Source of the DNA: Escherichia coli
GTDB taxonomy: Bacteria; Pseudomonadota; Gammaproteobacteria; Enterobacterales; Enterobacteriaceae
Strand: one strand, 5' to 3'
Length of the DNA stretch: 64,000 bases
Assembly: GCF_003790525.1 (NCBI RefSeq)
Contig: NZ_CP033635.1
The notes under the pieces were generated by a model. That model had not been told where the DNA came from. It saw nothing but the letters and a program-made list of their open reading frames with translations, and searched no databases. Position 1 is the first letter of the stretch. The number at the start of each line of letters is the position of its first letter. This document shows, in pieces, positions 39,367 through 51,251 of the stretch. Both the position numbers and the translations under genes were made by a program.

Positions 39367-40410
39367 TTAACGGATCTCAACCATGGCACGACCGCCGCGC
39401 GCTGGCACCAGTTCGCCAATCGCCGTCAGTTCAATGCCAAACTCGGCGGCTGTAGCTTTGACCTCATTTTCTGCTTCCGGAATGACCGCCAGCAGCAAAC
39501 CGCCAGAAGTTTGCGGATCGCACAGCAGATCGCGCACTTCACGCGGCATTTCACCCATCAGATGACCGTAGCTGGCAAAGTTACGTTCGGTGCCGCCAGG
39601 CACTGCGCCCAACTTAATGTACTCTTCAACCCCAGGCAATTTCGGGATCGCGTCATAGTCGACGCGCGCCTGCACACCTGCGCCCTGACACATTTCGCTT
39701 AAATGCCCCAGCAAACCAAAACCCGTAACGTCTGTCATCGCTTTTACGCCTTCGATGTTGGCAAAGGACGCGCCTGCGATGTTCATCCGGCACATCACTT
39801 CCGTCGCCAATCCCTGATGTTCTGGTTTAAGCAGTGATTTTTTCTCAGCCGTGGTAAGAACGCCAATCCCCAGCGGTTTCGTCAGGAACAGTTTGCATCC
39901 GGCTTGTGCGGTACTGTTTTTCTTCACCCGCTCGGTCGGTACGATCCCCGTTACCGCCAGACCAAAAATCGGCTCCGGCGCATCGATGGAGTGACCGCCA
40001 GCCAGCGCAATACCCGCCTGACGGCATGCATAGCGTCCACCTTCGGTCACTTCGCGGGCAATTTCCGGGGAAAGTTTGTTAATCGGCCAGCCGAGGATCG
40101 CAATCGCCATAATCGGTTTGCCGCCCATTGCGAAGATATCGCTGATGGCGTTAGTCGCCGCAATGCGGCCAAAATCGAAAGGATTATCAACGATCGGCAT
40201 AAAGAAGTCGGTGGTACTGATAACGCTGGTGCCATTGCCCAGATCGTACACCGCCGCATCGTCGCGGGTTTCATTACCCACAAGCAAATTCGGATCAACA
40301 AACTTCGCCTGCTCACTGTGCAGGATGGTTTCCAACACTTTTGGGGAAATTTTACAGCCGCAACCAGCGCCGTGGCTGTATTGGGTCAAACGAATCGAGT
40401 TCTCGCTCAT
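39367..40410 (-). CDS. selD: selenide, water dikinase (selenophosphate synthetase)
   Basis: Starts [26 protein letters not shown], 347 aa. Confidence 0.9.
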   Translation of the reverse strand: MSENSIRLTQYSHGAGCGCKISPKVLETILHSEQAKFVDPNLLVGNETRDDAAVYDLGNGTSVISTTDFFMPIVDNPFDFGRIAATNAISDIFAMGGKPIMAIAILGWPINKLSPEIAREVTEGGRYACRQAGIALAGGHSIDAPEPIFGLAVTGIVPTERVKKNSTAQAGCKLFLTKPLGIGVLTTAEKKSLLKPEHQGLATEVMCRMNIAGASFANIEGVKAMTDVTGFGLLGHLSEMCQGAGVQARVDYDAIPKLPGVEEYIKLGAVPGGTERNFASYGHLMGEMPREVRDLLCDPQTSGGLLLAVIPEAENEVKATAAEFGIELTAIGELVPARGGRAMVEIR

Positions 40411-40526
40411 GGACATCTCCTGTCAATGCAATCCGGGTATGGTAACCCTCATTCCATGAAGTGATAAGTGAGAGTGTCTGAATTCCTGCGCCTTTGCTCA
40501 CAATCCAGACAGTTTCGCGACAATTA

Positions 40527-41078
40527 TCAGAAATAAGTCACAAACGGCGTCGGGTCCGGGACGTTTATCGACGTAGATGCTTTCAACTGCGGCGTACCGA
40601 GGTAGAGAAAACCGACAATTTTATCCTGCTCACGGCAACCGAATGCTTCACGCACTACCGGACTTTCAGTTAATGCACCACTGCGCCAGATGCCGCCAAA
40701 CCCCTGGGCAACTGCTGCCATTTGCATCGCCATGACCGCGCATCCCGCAGACATTTCCTGTTCCCAGCGCGGGACTTTATGATTCTCTTCGCATTTTGCC
40801 ACCACCGTTATGATGAGCGGTGCGCGGAACGGCGCATTACGCGCTTTGTCGATGGCTTTGTTATCACTACCGGCAGCAATCGCCCCCTGCTCCAGTACGG
40901 CGCTGAAACGCTCGCGCCCTTCCCCTTCAATCACAAAGAAATGCCACGGTTGCATGGACTTATGGTCCGGCGCACGCATACCCGCACGCAGGATGTTTTG
41001 CAGTTGTTCACCCGTTGGCGCGGGTTCAGCCAGGCGGGAGGCGCTACGGCGATTGATCAATAGTTCGAGTGCATCCAT
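40527..41078 (-). CDS. ydjA: NAD(P)H nitroreductase-family protein YdjA
   Basis: Starts [19 protein letters not shown], 183 aa. Confidence 0.85.
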   Translation of the reverse strand: MDALELLINRRSASRLAEPAPTGEQLQNILRAGMRAPDHKSMQPWHFFVIEGEGRERFSAVLEQGAIAAGSDNKAIDKARNAPFRAPLIITVVAKCEENHKVPRWEQEMSAGCAVMAMQMAAVAQGFGGIWRSGALTESPVVREAFGCREQDKIVGFLYLGTPQLKASTSINVPDPTPFVTYF

Positions 41079-41238
41079 TTGATTAACTCCTGTCATGATA
41101 TTTATTCACAAAATTAACACGAGAGTGGATTTTGTTACAGCCCAGTCCGCAATTCCTGCTGACAAGTGCCGGTTGGGTCATTACGATAACCACATCTATT
41201 GCGCCTGAAAAAGGTGTGACCTTAAGTTGGGAGAATAC

Positions 41239-43095
41239 ATGCGAACCCTTTGGCGATTTATTGCCGGATTTTTTAAATGGACGTGGCGTCTGCTGAATTT
41301 CGTCCGTGAAATGGTACTTAACCTGTTCTTTATTTTTCTCGTGCTGGTTGGTGTGGGGATCTGGATGCAGGTCAGTGGTGGTGATTCGAAAGAAACGGCC
41401 AGTCGTGGCGCACTGCTGCTGGACATTTCTGGTGTGATCGTCGATAAACCCGACAGTTCTCAGCGGTTTAGTAAATTAAGCCGCCAGCTGCTTGGTGCCA
41501 GTTCCGATCGTCTGCAGGAAAACTCACTGTTTGATATCGTCAACACCATTCGCCAGGCGAAGGACGACCGCAATATCACCGGTATCGTGATGGATCTGAA
41601 AAACTTCGCAGGCGGCGACCAGCCGTCTATGCAGTACATCGGCAAAGCCCTGAAAGAGTTTCGTGACAGCGGGAAACCGGTTTATGCCGTTGGCGAGAAC
41701 TACAGCCAGGGGCAATATTATCTCGCCAGTTTCGCCAATAAAATTTGGCTGTCACCGCAAGGCGTGGTGGATCTGCACGGTTTTGCCACCAACGGTCTGT
41801 ACTACAAATCGTTACTGGATAAGCTGAAAGTTTCCACCCATGTGTTCCGCGTGGGTACGTATAAATCTGCCGTTGAACCGTTTATTCGTGATGATATGTC
41901 ACCGGCAGCCCGCGAAGCTGACAGCCGCTGGATTGGTGAGCTGTGGCAAAACTATCTGAATACTGTTGCCGCTAACCGGCAGATCCCTGCTCAGCAGGTA
42001 TTCCCTGGCGCGCAAGGGTTGCTTGAGGGTTTAACCAAAACCGGTGGCGATACCGCGAAATATGCGCTGGAAAACAAGCTGGTCGATGCACTGGCATCGA
42101 GTGCCGAAATCGAAAAAGCTCTGACCAAAGAGTTCGGCTGGAGTAAGACTGATAAAAATTATCGCGCCATCAGTTATTACGATTACGCATTGAAAACGCC
42201 GGCAGATACCGGTGACAGCATCGGAGTCGTCTTCGCTAATGGCGCAATTATGGATGGCGAGGAAACTCAGGGGAATGTTGGCGGTGATACCACTGCGGCA
42301 CAAATCCGCGACGCTCGCCTTGACCCGAAAGTGAAAGCGATTGTTCTGCGTGTTAATAGTCCCGGCGGCAGCGTTACTGCGTCTGAAGTGATTCGCGCTG
42401 AACTGGCAGCAGCCCGGGCAGCGGGTAAGCCTGTGGTTGTGTCGATGGGCGGTATGGCGGCATCTGGTGGTTACTGGATTTCCACACCAGCTAATTACAT
42501 TGTGGCTAACCCCAGCACCCTGACCGGTTCTATCGGTATCTTCGGCGTGATCACCACCGTAGAAAATAGTCTGGATTCGATTGGTGTTCATACTGATGGT
42601 GTCTCAACTTCACCGCTGGCGGATGTTTCTATCACCAGGGCACTGCCGCCGGAAGCACAGCAGATGATGCAGTTAAGCATTGAGAATGGCTATAAACGCT
42701 TTATCACGCTGGTTGCTGATGCGCGTCATTCAACGCCAGAGCAGATTGATAAAATCGCCCAGGGCCACGTCTGGACCGGCCAGGATGCAAAAGCTAACGG
42801 GCTGGTCGATAGTCTCGGGGATTTCGATGATGCGGTCGCCAAAGCAGCAGAGCTGGCAAAAGTGAAACAGTGGCATCTGGAATACTACGTTGATGAACCG
42901 ACCTTCTTCGACAAAGTGATGGACAACATGTCTGGTTCTGTCCGGGCAATGTTGCCAGATGCGTTCCAGGCCATGTTACCTGCACCGCTGGCCTCGGTAG
43001 CCTCTACCGTTAAAAGTGAAAACGACAAGCTGGCCGCGTTTAACGACCCACAAAACCGTTATGCGTTTTGCCTGACCTGCGCCAACGTGCGTTAA
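41239..43095 (+). CDS. sppA: signal peptide peptidase A (protease IV)
   Basis: Starts [30 protein letters not shown], 618 aa. Confidence 0.9.
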   Translation: MRTLWRFIAGFFKWTWRLLNFVREMVLNLFFIFLVLVGVGIWMQVSGGDSKETASRGALLLDISGVIVDKPDSSQRFSKLSRQLLGASSDRLQENSLFDIVNTIRQAKDDRNITGIVMDLKNFAGGDQPSMQYIGKALKEFRDSGKPVYAVGENYSQGQYYLASFANKIWLSPQGVVDLHGFATNGLYYKSLLDKLKVSTHVFRVGTYKSAVEPFIRDDMSPAAREADSRWIGELWQNYLNTVAANRQIPAQQVFPGAQGLLEGLTKTGGDTAKYALENKLVDALASSAEIEKALTKEFGWSKTDKNYRAISYYDYALKTPADTGDSIGVVFANGAIMDGEETQGNVGGDTTAAQIRDARLDPKVKAIVLRVNSPGGSVTASEVIRAELAAARAAGKPVVVSMGGMAASGGYWISTPANYIVANPSTLTGSIGIFGVITTVENSLDSIGVHTDGVSTSPLADVSITRALPPEAQQMMQLSIENGYKRFITLVADARHSTPEQIDKIAQGHVWTGQDAKANGLVDSLGDFDDAVAKAAELAKVKQWHLEYYVDEPTFFDKVMDNMSGSVRAMLPDAFQAMLPAPLASVASTVKSENDKLAAFNDPQNRYAFCLTCANVR

Positions 43096-43261
43096 GTCAT
43101 GTACTAAGTGGCCGACAGATCGTCGGCCACATTACTTTTTACGTCGACGAATCCTCTTCCCGCTGTCTCGCCCCATATTTCCTTATCCGCATAGTATCAG
43201 GTGCGCTCCCCCTGCCTCACGTATATACTTTTGCTCTTTCGATATCATTCATATCAATATC

Positions 43262-44278
43262 ATGCAAAAGAAATCAATTTACGTCGCCTACACGGGCGGG
43301 ACCATCGGGATGCAGCGTTCCGAGCAGGGTTATATTCCGGTGTCAGGTCATCTACAGCGCCAACTGGCGCTGATGCCGGAATTCCATCGCCCGGAGATGC
43401 CAGATTTCACCATTCATGAATATACGCCGCTGATGGACTCTTCAGATATGACGCCAGAAGACTGGCAGCATATTGCTGAAGATATTAAAGCGCATTATGA
43501 CGACTATGATGGTTTTGTCATTCTGCACGGCACCGACACGATGGCGTATACCGCCTCTGCACTGTCGTTCATGCTCGAGAATCTCGGTAAACCGGTTATT
43601 GTGACAGGGTCACAAATCCCGCTAGCTGAGTTACGCTCTGACGGACAAATTAATCTGCTGAATGCGTTGTACGTTGCGGCGAATTATCCTATCAACGAAG
43701 TAACTCTCTTTTTTAATAATCGACTTTATCGTGGCAACCGTACCACCAAAGCCCATGCCGATGGTTTTGATGCGTTTGCCTCTCCAAACCTTCCTCCGTT
43801 ACTGGAAGCAGGTATCCATATTCGTCGTTTGAATACGCCACCCGCCCCGCACGGTGAAGGGGAATTGATCGTTCATCCAATCACCCCACAACCGATTGGC
43901 GTAGTGACGATTTATCCGGGGATTTCTGCTGACGTCGTGCGCAATTTTCTGCGCCAACCGGTGAAAGCATTGATTCTGCGCTCATATGGCGTGGGTAATG
44001 CGCCACAAAACAAAGCCTTCCTGCAAGAATTACAAGAAGCCAGCGATCGCGGAATTGTGGTAGTCAACCTGACACAATGTATGTCCGGTAAAGTGAACAT
44101 GGGGGGTTATGCCACCGGTAACGCCCTCGCCCATGCCGGCGTCATTGGCGGTGCAGATATGACTGTAGAAGCCACACTAACCAAACTGCATTACCTGCTT
44201 AGCCAGGAACTGGATACTGAAACCATTCGCAAGGCCATGAGCCAAAACCTGCGTGGCGAACTGACGCCGGATGATTAA
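43262..44278 (+). CDS. ansA: cytoplasmic L-asparaginase I
   Basis: 338-aa ORF starting MQKKSIYVAYTGGTIGM. Confidence 0.9.
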   Translation: MQKKSIYVAYTGGTIGMQRSEQGYIPVSGHLQRQLALMPEFHRPEMPDFTIHEYTPLMDSSDMTPEDWQHIAEDIKAHYDDYDGFVILHGTDTMAYTASALSFMLENLGKPVIVTGSQIPLAELRSDGQINLLNALYVAANYPINEVTLFFNNRLYRGNRTTKAHADGFDAFASPNLPPLLEAGIHIRRLNTPPAPHGEGELIVHPITPQPIGVVTIYPGISADVVRNFLRQPVKALILRSYGVGNAPQNKAFLQELQEASDRGIVVVNLTQCMSGKVNMGGYATGNALAHAGVIGGADMTVEATLTKLHYLLSQELDTETIRKAMSQNLRGELTPDD

Positions 44279-44288
44279 GGAGACTGCA

Positions 44289-44930
44289 ATGCCCCCTCGC
44301 GCCCTGTTACTGGTCGATTTACAAAATGATTTCTGTGCTGGTGGCGCGCTCGCCGTGCCGGAAGGTGACAGTACGGTGGATGTCGCTAACCGCCTGATTG
44401 ACTGGTGCCAGTCGCGCGGTGAAGCGGTTATCGCCAGTCAGGACTGGCATCCGGCGAATCACGGCAGTTTTGCCAGTCAGCACGGTGTAGAGCCTTATAC
44501 GCCAGGCCAACTCGACGGTTTGCCACAAACCTTCTGGCCCGATCACTGTGTGCAGAACAGTGAAGGTGCACAATTACATCCGTTACTGAAGCAAAAAGCG
44601 ATCGCAGCGGTGTTCCATAAAGGCGAAAATCCTTTAGTTGACAGTTACAGTGCCTTTTTTGATAACGGCCGTCGGCAGAAAACTGCGCTCGATGACTGGT
44701 TACGCGATCATGAAATCGATGAATTGATCATTATGGGCCTGGCTACTGACTATTGCGTGAAGTTTACCGTGCTGGACGCGTTACAGTTAGGCTATAAGGT
44801 GAACGTGATTACCGATGGTTGTCGTGGCGTAAATATCCAGCCACAGGACAGTGCGCACGCGTTTATGGAAATGTCAGCAGCTGGGGCAACGCTATATACG
44901 CTGGCAGACTGGGAAGAAACGCAGGAGTAA
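44289..44930 (+). CDS. pncA: nicotinamidase/pyrazinamidase
   Basis: Starts MPPRALLLVDLQNDFCAGGAL, 213 aa. Confidence 0.9.
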   Translation: MPPRALLLVDLQNDFCAGGALAVPEGDSTVDVANRLIDWCQSRGEAVIASQDWHPANHGSFASQHGVEPYTPGQLDGLPQTFWPDHCVQNSEGAQLHPLLKQKAIAAVFHKGENPLVDSYSAFFDNGRRQKTALDDWLRDHEIDELIIMGLATDYCVKFTVLDALQLGYKVNVITDGCRGVNIQPQDSAHAFMEMSAAGATLYTLADWEETQE

Positions 44931-45022
44931 TTTTACGCTGGCCTACAATTCTGTACTGGCATTGTAGGCCAGATAAAACACGTCAGTGGTACATCTGGCA
45001 ATTGATGCCATCAACGAAAGAT

Positions 45023-46381
45023 TTAATTCACCTCAGAAATCTCTTCCAGCGACACCTTCCGCGTTTCGATGCCAAAAATGGAGAGAACCAGCGCACAGAG
45101 CACTAACATGACACCAAGCACCATAAACACCGTAATCGACCCATAATGTGTTAATAATGCCGCAACGCCATAGGGCGTGAAGACTGCGACGATCCGTCCG
45201 ACGGCATTAACGAAACCCGAACCACGCAGGCGTAAATGCGTTGGCCAAAGTTCCGGGATATAAACCGCCGACGCGAAGCACACATACATGTATAAAAAGA
45301 AGATCATCACCAGGCCATAGATTAAAATCGCCCACTCTGTAGTTTGAATTGAATAGATATAGCCTAACACAGCAATAATAATAAGTAAGGCAGAGCCAAA
45401 TAATCGACGAGGAAAATGATCAATAATTAATGCCGCAATAAATATCCCTACCGGAGCGCCAATCATAATAACAGCGGTCATTAATATTGATTTATCAACA
45501 TCAATGCCGGAGTTAACAAATATGGTCGGTATCCATACGGTGATGGTATAAAGCGAAATGTTCATTGCAATTAACACAGTAATCGCGACTAATGTACGTC
45601 GTAACATTTCCCCTTTAAACAGGAGCCAGAAGGTACCCTTGATTACCTTAACCTTGCTGTTGCTCTGGTTCAAAGTAAGCGGGGGTAAACGAATACTCTT
45701 CTCTCTTTCAATTTGCTGCTCTACTTCACGAAGTTGGCTTTCTGCACCTGCGATTTGCCCTTTCCCTGCCAGCCATCGTGGCGACTCAATAAAGTATTTA
45801 CCTGAGAGAAACCAGGCTAACAGTATGCCAATACCGCCCAGCAGAAACATTATCCGCCAACTAAAAAAAGCGATAACCACCACGCCTATCGCCGCAGACA
45901 GCATGGGCGACCAGTTACCAACAAATGAGAGCCGCGCGGACCATTTTCCACGCACCGTCGCGGGGATAAACTCCGTAAATGAGGCATAGCCAACCATAAT
46001 CAGCGCCCCCATTCCTGTGCCCATCAGGAAGCGAAAGAAGATGAGCCAGTACATATCAGGGACAAAAGCGGCCCCTGTTGCCGCAATACCGACGATGAGA
46101 AGATTTATGCGAAAAGCCCTGCGCCGCCCAAAATAATCACCGATGAACCCACCGGTAAGAGAGCCGATGAAATAACCAAACATTAATGCCGAGGTAAAGG
46201 CGGCATTGAGGAAATTATTTGACCATCCATTGCTTACCAGCTTTGCTAAAACAACATTGCCTGAATAACTCAAAAAACCCGTTAATAACAGACTAAAGCT
46301 TATAATACCAAATATACGATAATGAAACCGGGCCAAAGGCAAGCGGTCCAGTCTTGCGCCAATTTGATCATATTGTTCCAT
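45023..46381 (-). CDS. ydjE: MFS transporter YdjE
   Basis: 452-aa polytopic MFS-type ORF in the conserved position. Confidence 0.85.
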   Translation of the reverse strand: MEQYDQIGARLDRLPLARFHYRIFGIISFSLLLTGFLSYSGNVVLAKLVSNGWSNNFLNAAFTSALMFGYFIGSLTGGFIGDYFGRRRAFRINLLIVGIAATGAAFVPDMYWLIFFRFLMGTGMGALIMVGYASFTEFIPATVRGKWSARLSFVGNWSPMLSAAIGVVVIAFFSWRIMFLLGGIGILLAWFLSGKYFIESPRWLAGKGQIAGAESQLREVEQQIEREKSIRLPPLTLNQSNSKVKVIKGTFWLLFKGEMLRRTLVAITVLIAMNISLYTITVWIPTIFVNSGIDVDKSILMTAVIMIGAPVGIFIAALIIDHFPRRLFGSALLIIIAVLGYIYSIQTTEWAILIYGLVMIFFLYMYVCFASAVYIPELWPTHLRLRGSGFVNAVGRIVAVFTPYGVAALLTHYGSITVFMVLGVMLVLCALVLSIFGIETRKVSLEEISEVN

Positions 46382-46497
46382 TAGGTGCCTCGGATTTGCT
46401 AAAAAGGTAGCAATTGCGGCAAATTCACTTGCCGCATCTTTATCATCATTTTATTTCCAGGCGCAGGAACAAATAATATTGACAACGTGTGCTAAAA

Positions 46498-47256
46498 TTA
46501 CCACACCAGCTGGATATTATTGTCTTTGCAAAATGCTATCCACTCTGCACCCGGTGATTTATCAGTTATTATGTAATTAATATGACTAAAGTCAGCTAAC
46601 TGGACAAAAGCTTTGCGATCAAACTTAGAGTGATCAACCAATAACGCAACTTCTGTCGCCTGACGGATCATTGTCTTTTTGATTTCAGCTTCCGCTTCGT
46701 TAGAGTCCAGCGCGCCGCTGTTAATATCAAGACCTTTACAACTCATTACCATGATATCGACATGGTAGCGGCTGATGATCTCTTTAGTAATTCTTCCTTG
46801 CAGGGAAAGTGTATTTTTGTTTAGTTCCCCACCCGTTGAAACGACTTTAATTTCTGACTGAGCCAGAACATGAATCGCTTCCGCCGAGTTGGTTAGCAAC
46901 GTCAGGTCACTACGGTCCTGTAACAATTTGAGCAATTCCATTACGGTACTACTGGAATCGGCTGCCATGGTGGTTTTATTGTCGACAAAGGGTAGTGCCT
47001 TGCGTGCAATAAGCTGCTTCTCTTCATAAAACGATGAAGCGCGCTTATAAAAATGGATATTCTCCGTCAACATCGCTGTATTTAAAACAGCACCACCATA
47101 GGTTCTGGTCAAAAAGCCTTCATCTTCCAGCTTCTCAAGATCGCGGCGAATGGTTTCTTCGGTTACCTGAAAAATCCCACTCAAATTTGAGACTGTCACC
47201 TTTTTATCGTTGGCAACCATTTGCTTAATTGCCTGAATCCTGTCTTTTGCCGCCAC
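46498..47256 (-). CDS. ydjF: DeoR-family transcriptional regulator YdjF
   Basis: 252-aa ORF with N-terminal DeoR HTH. Confidence 0.85.
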   Translation of the reverse strand: MAAKDRIQAIKQMVANDKKVTVSNLSGIFQVTEETIRRDLEKLEDEGFLTRTYGGAVLNTAMLTENIHFYKRASSFYEEKQLIARKALPFVDNKTTMAADSSSTVMELLKLLQDRSDLTLLTNSAEAIHVLAQSEIKVVSTGGELNKNTLSLQGRITKEIISRYHVDIMVMSCKGLDINSGALDSNEAEAEIKKTMIRQATEVALLVDHSKFDRKAFVQLADFSHINYIITDKSPGAEWIAFCKDNNIQLVW

Positions 47257-47392
47257 GATTACACCCCTGTATCTTTTTACATCACATTAGCGCGATTATC
47301 GCATAACCGATGTTTACTTTCAAAATAACCTGTTTGAATCACAGATTTTCATTACAGTTTTCACAGAAACAGAGGTGAATCGTGTTGAGTAT

Positions 47393-48373
47393 TTAACGCT
47401 CCAGGGCCTCTGCCATTTCCCTCATCAATGTTGCGTCTGCATCCGATAAGTTGATATTCAGTGCCGCGACATTTTCACGTACCTGTTCCGGTGCAGTAGC
47501 CCCACTAAGAATGGAGATTAAATCACTCTGTTTTAATATCCACGCCAGTGCCAGAGTGGGAATTGTGCACTGATAACGAGCACAGAGTGGCTGCCACTGT
47601 TCAAGCATATCAATCACTTTCAGCATGTTTTCACGCTGGAACCAGACTTTATTTGCCCGAGCGCCGCCCGGAACGTAATCACGCGTGATGGTACCGGTCA
47701 ACAATCCCTGCTCTAGCGGGGAATAAACCTGTACCACAATGCCATTATCACGACATAGCGGCAGCAGTTCGCTTTCCAATGCCCGGTCGAGGATACTGTA
47801 TTTCGCCTGAATAATATCCAGTTCACCATATTGCAGATACTCGCGGATATGGTCAGCATCGACGTTAGCAGCGCCTATAGCGCGAATTTTTCCTTCGGCC
47901 TTTAACTCATTGAGCACTGCGACAGTTTCAGCTATCGGCGTAAAAAATGGCGGCACCGACTGCCAGTGCGTCATGTAGATATCGATGTAATCAATATCCA
48001 GACGTTGCAAGCTGGCTTCTACCTCTTCGCGGATAGATTCCGGGGAAAGGTTTTTATACAACTGCCGATCGCCCACTTTGTTGAATAAACTCCCTTTTCG
48101 TTCCCAGACAATGCCGCATTTGGTTTCTACTACAACCTGTTCACGGGGCAGTTTTTTTAACGCCTGACCGACGATAACTTCACTATTGCCAAAGTTATAT
48201 CCTGGCGCAGTATCAATCAGATTAATGCCACAACGATGGGCTTCAAGAATCGTATCAATACATATTTGCCGATCGAGATCGCCATTCCATGCAGGACCGC
48301 CGCCAATGGCCCATGTCCCCAACCCCATTCGCGAAAGCGTAATATCCGTTGTGCCTAAAGGTATCTTTTTCAT
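47393..48373 (-). CDS. ydjG: aldo-keto reductase YdjG
   Basis: 326-aa AKR-family ORF. Confidence 0.85.
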   Translation of the reverse strand: MKKIPLGTTDITLSRMGLGTWAIGGGPAWNGDLDRQICIDTILEAHRCGINLIDTAPGYNFGNSEVIVGQALKKLPREQVVVETKCGIVWERKGSLFNKVGDRQLYKNLSPESIREEVEASLQRLDIDYIDIYMTHWQSVPPFFTPIAETVAVLNELKAEGKIRAIGAANVDADHIREYLQYGELDIIQAKYSILDRALESELLPLCRDNGIVVQVYSPLEQGLLTGTITRDYVPGGARANKVWFQRENMLKVIDMLEQWQPLCARYQCTIPTLALAWILKQSDLISILSGATAPEQVRENVAALNINLSDADATLMREMAEALER

Positions 48374-48382
48374 TTGCCTTCA

Positions 48383-49330
48383 TTATCCTTCGTATTCTTC
48401 CAGCAATTGTTCGACCAGTTTTCTGTTTTTTACACCGGTGGTGGCACCGACGCTCAAAACAGAGATAGCCGCCGTTGCATTGGCAAAGCGTGCGCATTCA
48501 CGCAGATTTTTGCCTTCTAACAGAGCCGCTATAAAGCCAGAAGCAAAGTTATCGCCTGCGCCAATAGTGTCGATGGCGGTTATTCCTGCGACCGCCGGCA
48601 CCTTCATCGTCATGTCACCACGCTTGATAAAGCAGCCGTCTTTACCCGTTTTAATCACCACCGTTTTTACGCCGCACGCAAGAAAGCAGTCAGCAATTTC
48701 ATCCAGTGTCTCTTTCCCGGTGAGTAATTTTGCCTCGGCAAAATTAGGAAACAGATAATCGACATAACTCAATGCTTCGCAAATATCATCCAGCGTTTCA
48801 TTCAACCGCGGTTTGATCATATCGGCACAGATAATCATCTGCCGGGCTTTAGCTTGCGTAAAAATTTCTGTTAGCGCTTTACCATCCAATAGAGGACTGT
48901 TGAAAATACTGGCCAGAGATAATAATTTCGCCTGAGAAAACCGCGAAAAATCAACATCGTCAATATTCAATTTCCACAGACTGCCGTTACGGTTTGTGAC
49001 AAACGTCCGCTCGCCATCCTCCGTCACCAGTCCAACGTTAATTGAGGTATCTATGCTGACGTCCTGCTTCAGGCTTTGAATATCAATATTCTCTTTGCGG
49101 CAATGGTCGAGAATAAATTGCCCGGCGGCATCTTTACCAATACGACTCATTAATGCTGTGCGATGGCCCAGACGAGAAATAATTGTTGCTTCATTTATTG
49201 CATCACCCCCGGTGGTCATTGCGATTCTTTCAAGAGGATAAGAATCCACATCAAAGATATTTTTACTGACCGGTTGCAATGGAATATCAACAATAGCGGC
49301 ACCTATACAAATAACGTCGAGATTATCCAT
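48383..49330 (-). CDS. ydjH: PfkB-family sugar kinase YdjH
   Basis: Start at MDNLDVICIGAAIVD (internal ATG of the track ORF); C-terminal GAGD motif. Confidence 0.85.
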   Translation of the reverse strand: MDNLDVICIGAAIVDIPLQPVSKNIFDVDSYPLERIAMTTGGDAINEATIISRLGHRTALMSRIGKDAAGQFILDHCRKENIDIQSLKQDVSIDTSINVGLVTEDGERTFVTNRNGSLWKLNIDDVDFSRFSQAKLLSLASIFNSPLLDGKALTEIFTQAKARQMIICADMIKPRLNETLDDICEALSYVDYLFPNFAEAKLLTGKETLDEIADCFLACGVKTVVIKTGKDGCFIKRGDMTMKVPAVAGITAIDTIGAGDNFASGFIAALLEGKNLRECARFANATAAISVLSVGATTGVKNRKLVEQLLEEYEG

Positions 49331-49334
49331 ATCA

Positions 49335-50171
49335 TTATTCCGCTTTGCCATCAGAACCGAACAGTTTAATTTTTTCCAATGCCCGTTCTTTTACAGCTTT
49401 ACGTACTTCACGTTCTAAATGCAGGAAAGGCTGATCCTGGTTTTCTTTCACTGCTACCATTGCGGCCTGACAGAGCTCCGTATGAATGTTGATTTTCGCA
49501 ATACCCAACGAAATTGCAGTTTTAATGTCGGCATCACTGATCCCCGATGCGCCGTGCAAAACCAGCGGAACAGAAACAGCATCGCGTACGCGTTTGACGA
49601 CCTCAAAGTTCAATTGTGGCTCTGACGTATAAACCCCATGCTGGTTGCCGATGGCGACAGCCAATGAGTCACAGCCCGTACGTTCAACAAATTCAGCCGC
49701 CTGGTCAGGATCGGTATAGTGATAGCCCGCCAGCGCTTCCTCATAAACGGTTTCATTACCGACATGCCCTAATTCCGCCTCTACCGGAATACCCAGCGGA
49801 TGGAAGAAATCAACAGCCTCTTTGGTTAAACGAATATTTTCTTCGAAATCAAATGCGGAAGCATCACGCATTAATGAATTCATACCATGAGTCCAGGCGT
49901 TATGAATAATTTCCATACTCCGACCATGATCCCAATGAGTTATTACCGGCACCGTTGCTTTTTTTGCCATTGATACCATCATGTGAGAGAAATCTTCAAA
50001 TGAGGTGTTCCCGACAAAACCTGTACCAAAAGAAATAATAACCGGTGATTTCGCTTCTTCGGCTGCGTCGATAACGCCCATCAACATTTCTGCATTCCAT
50101 ACGTTAAAATGGGCAATTGCATAATGTTTATTTGTGGCATCGTTTTCCCAATATCTGATATCTGCGAGCAT
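49335..50171 (-). CDS. ydjI: class II aldolase YdjI
   Basis: 278-aa ORF of the FBP/tagatose-bisphosphate aldolase class II family. Confidence 0.85.
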   Translation of the reverse strand: MLADIRYWENDATNKHYAIAHFNVWNAEMLMGVIDAAEEAKSPVIISFGTGFVGNTSFEDFSHMMVSMAKKATVPVITHWDHGRSMEIIHNAWTHGMNSLMRDASAFDFEENIRLTKEAVDFFHPLGIPVEAELGHVGNETVYEEALAGYHYTDPDQAAEFVERTGCDSLAVAIGNQHGVYTSEPQLNFEVVKRVRDAVSVPLVLHGASGISDADIKTAISLGIAKINIHTELCQAAMVAVKENQDQPFLHLEREVRKAVKERALEKIKLFGSDGKAE

Positions 50172-50191
50172 ATTCTGTTCTCCCGTATTAA

Positions 50192-51235
50192 TTAATCGCT
50201 AATTTTAATAACGCCTTTAATAATGTCGCGTTTGTTGTTAACTGACTCTTCAAATGCCTGTTGTACATCCCGATAATCGTAAATATGCGTCACCATCGAT
50301 TTCACATCGAATCGCCCTGAAGAAATAGCTTCAATCGTGACCGGATAACGATTGGCATAGCGGAATACCGTCTGGATAGTGACTTCGCGATTGATTTTGA
50401 GGAAATTGATTGCCGAATCGCCCGGTACAGTACCAACAATCATAATTTTACCGCCGCGCATTACCAGATAAGGTGCCTGTTTAACGGTGACCGCAGAACC
50501 TGCTGTTTCGAAAACAATATCTGCGCCCATTTCTTCGGTAAATTGCTGACAGCGTGCAATAGTGTCTTCTTTTGCGCCGTTAATAACCACTGTCGCGCCG
50601 AGCTGTTCCGCCATTGTCAGACGTTTTTCCAGCACATCAACGACGGCAATATCCGTAGCTCCCAGGCATTTGCACGCTTGCAACGTCATCAAACCAATAC
50701 AACCTGCTCCCAGAATAATTATCTTCTTACCCGGTTTAACATCTGCCAGCATCGCGGCATGCATCCCGACTGCGGCAGGCTCCACCAGCGCCCCTTCCAT
50801 CGTGTCCATATTGTCTGGCAGTTTGTAAGTAAAGCTCTCCGGATGACACAGATAGTGCGTTAATGCGCCGCGGTAGTTGGGTTGTGTCGCCATAAAATCA
50901 ACGTCCGGGCAAATGTTATATTTGCCTTCCAGACAGTAACGACAGTGACCGCAAGGAACGCCAGGTTCGATATTTACCCGATCCCCCGGTTTAAATTTGC
51001 GCACGCGGCTTCCCACAGCCACAACCGTCCCGGCGCATTCATGACCCAGGCCAATTTCTTGATTTGGGTCTTTAGGCGGAATAAACGGGCCTGATTCAAA
51101 ACCATGTACATCTGAACCACAAATACCGACATATTCTACTTTAATCAAAACTTCATCTTCTTTAGGCACAGGCATTTCTGCTGAAATAATTTTCATTGTG
51201 CCCGGCACCTGCAATATTGCTTTTGAATTTTTCAT
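50192..51235 (-). CDS. ydjJ: zinc-dependent alcohol dehydrogenase YdjJ
   Basis: 347-aa MDR-family ORF with GHE..G and Rossmann GAGCIG motifs. Confidence 0.85.
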   Translation of the reverse strand: MKNSKAILQVPGTMKIISAEMPVPKEDEVLIKVEYVGICGSDVHGFESGPFIPPKDPNQEIGLGHECAGTVVAVGSRVRKFKPGDRVNIEPGVPCGHCRYCLEGKYNICPDVDFMATQPNYRGALTHYLCHPESFTYKLPDNMDTMEGALVEPAAVGMHAAMLADVKPGKKIIILGAGCIGLMTLQACKCLGATDIAVVDVLEKRLTMAEQLGATVVINGAKEDTIARCQQFTEEMGADIVFETAGSAVTVKQAPYLVMRGGKIMIVGTVPGDSAINFLKINREVTIQTVFRYANRYPVTIEAISSGRFDVKSMVTHIYDYRDVQQAFEESVNNKRDIIKGVIKISD

Positions 51236-51251
51236 TTTGAATCCACCAGTA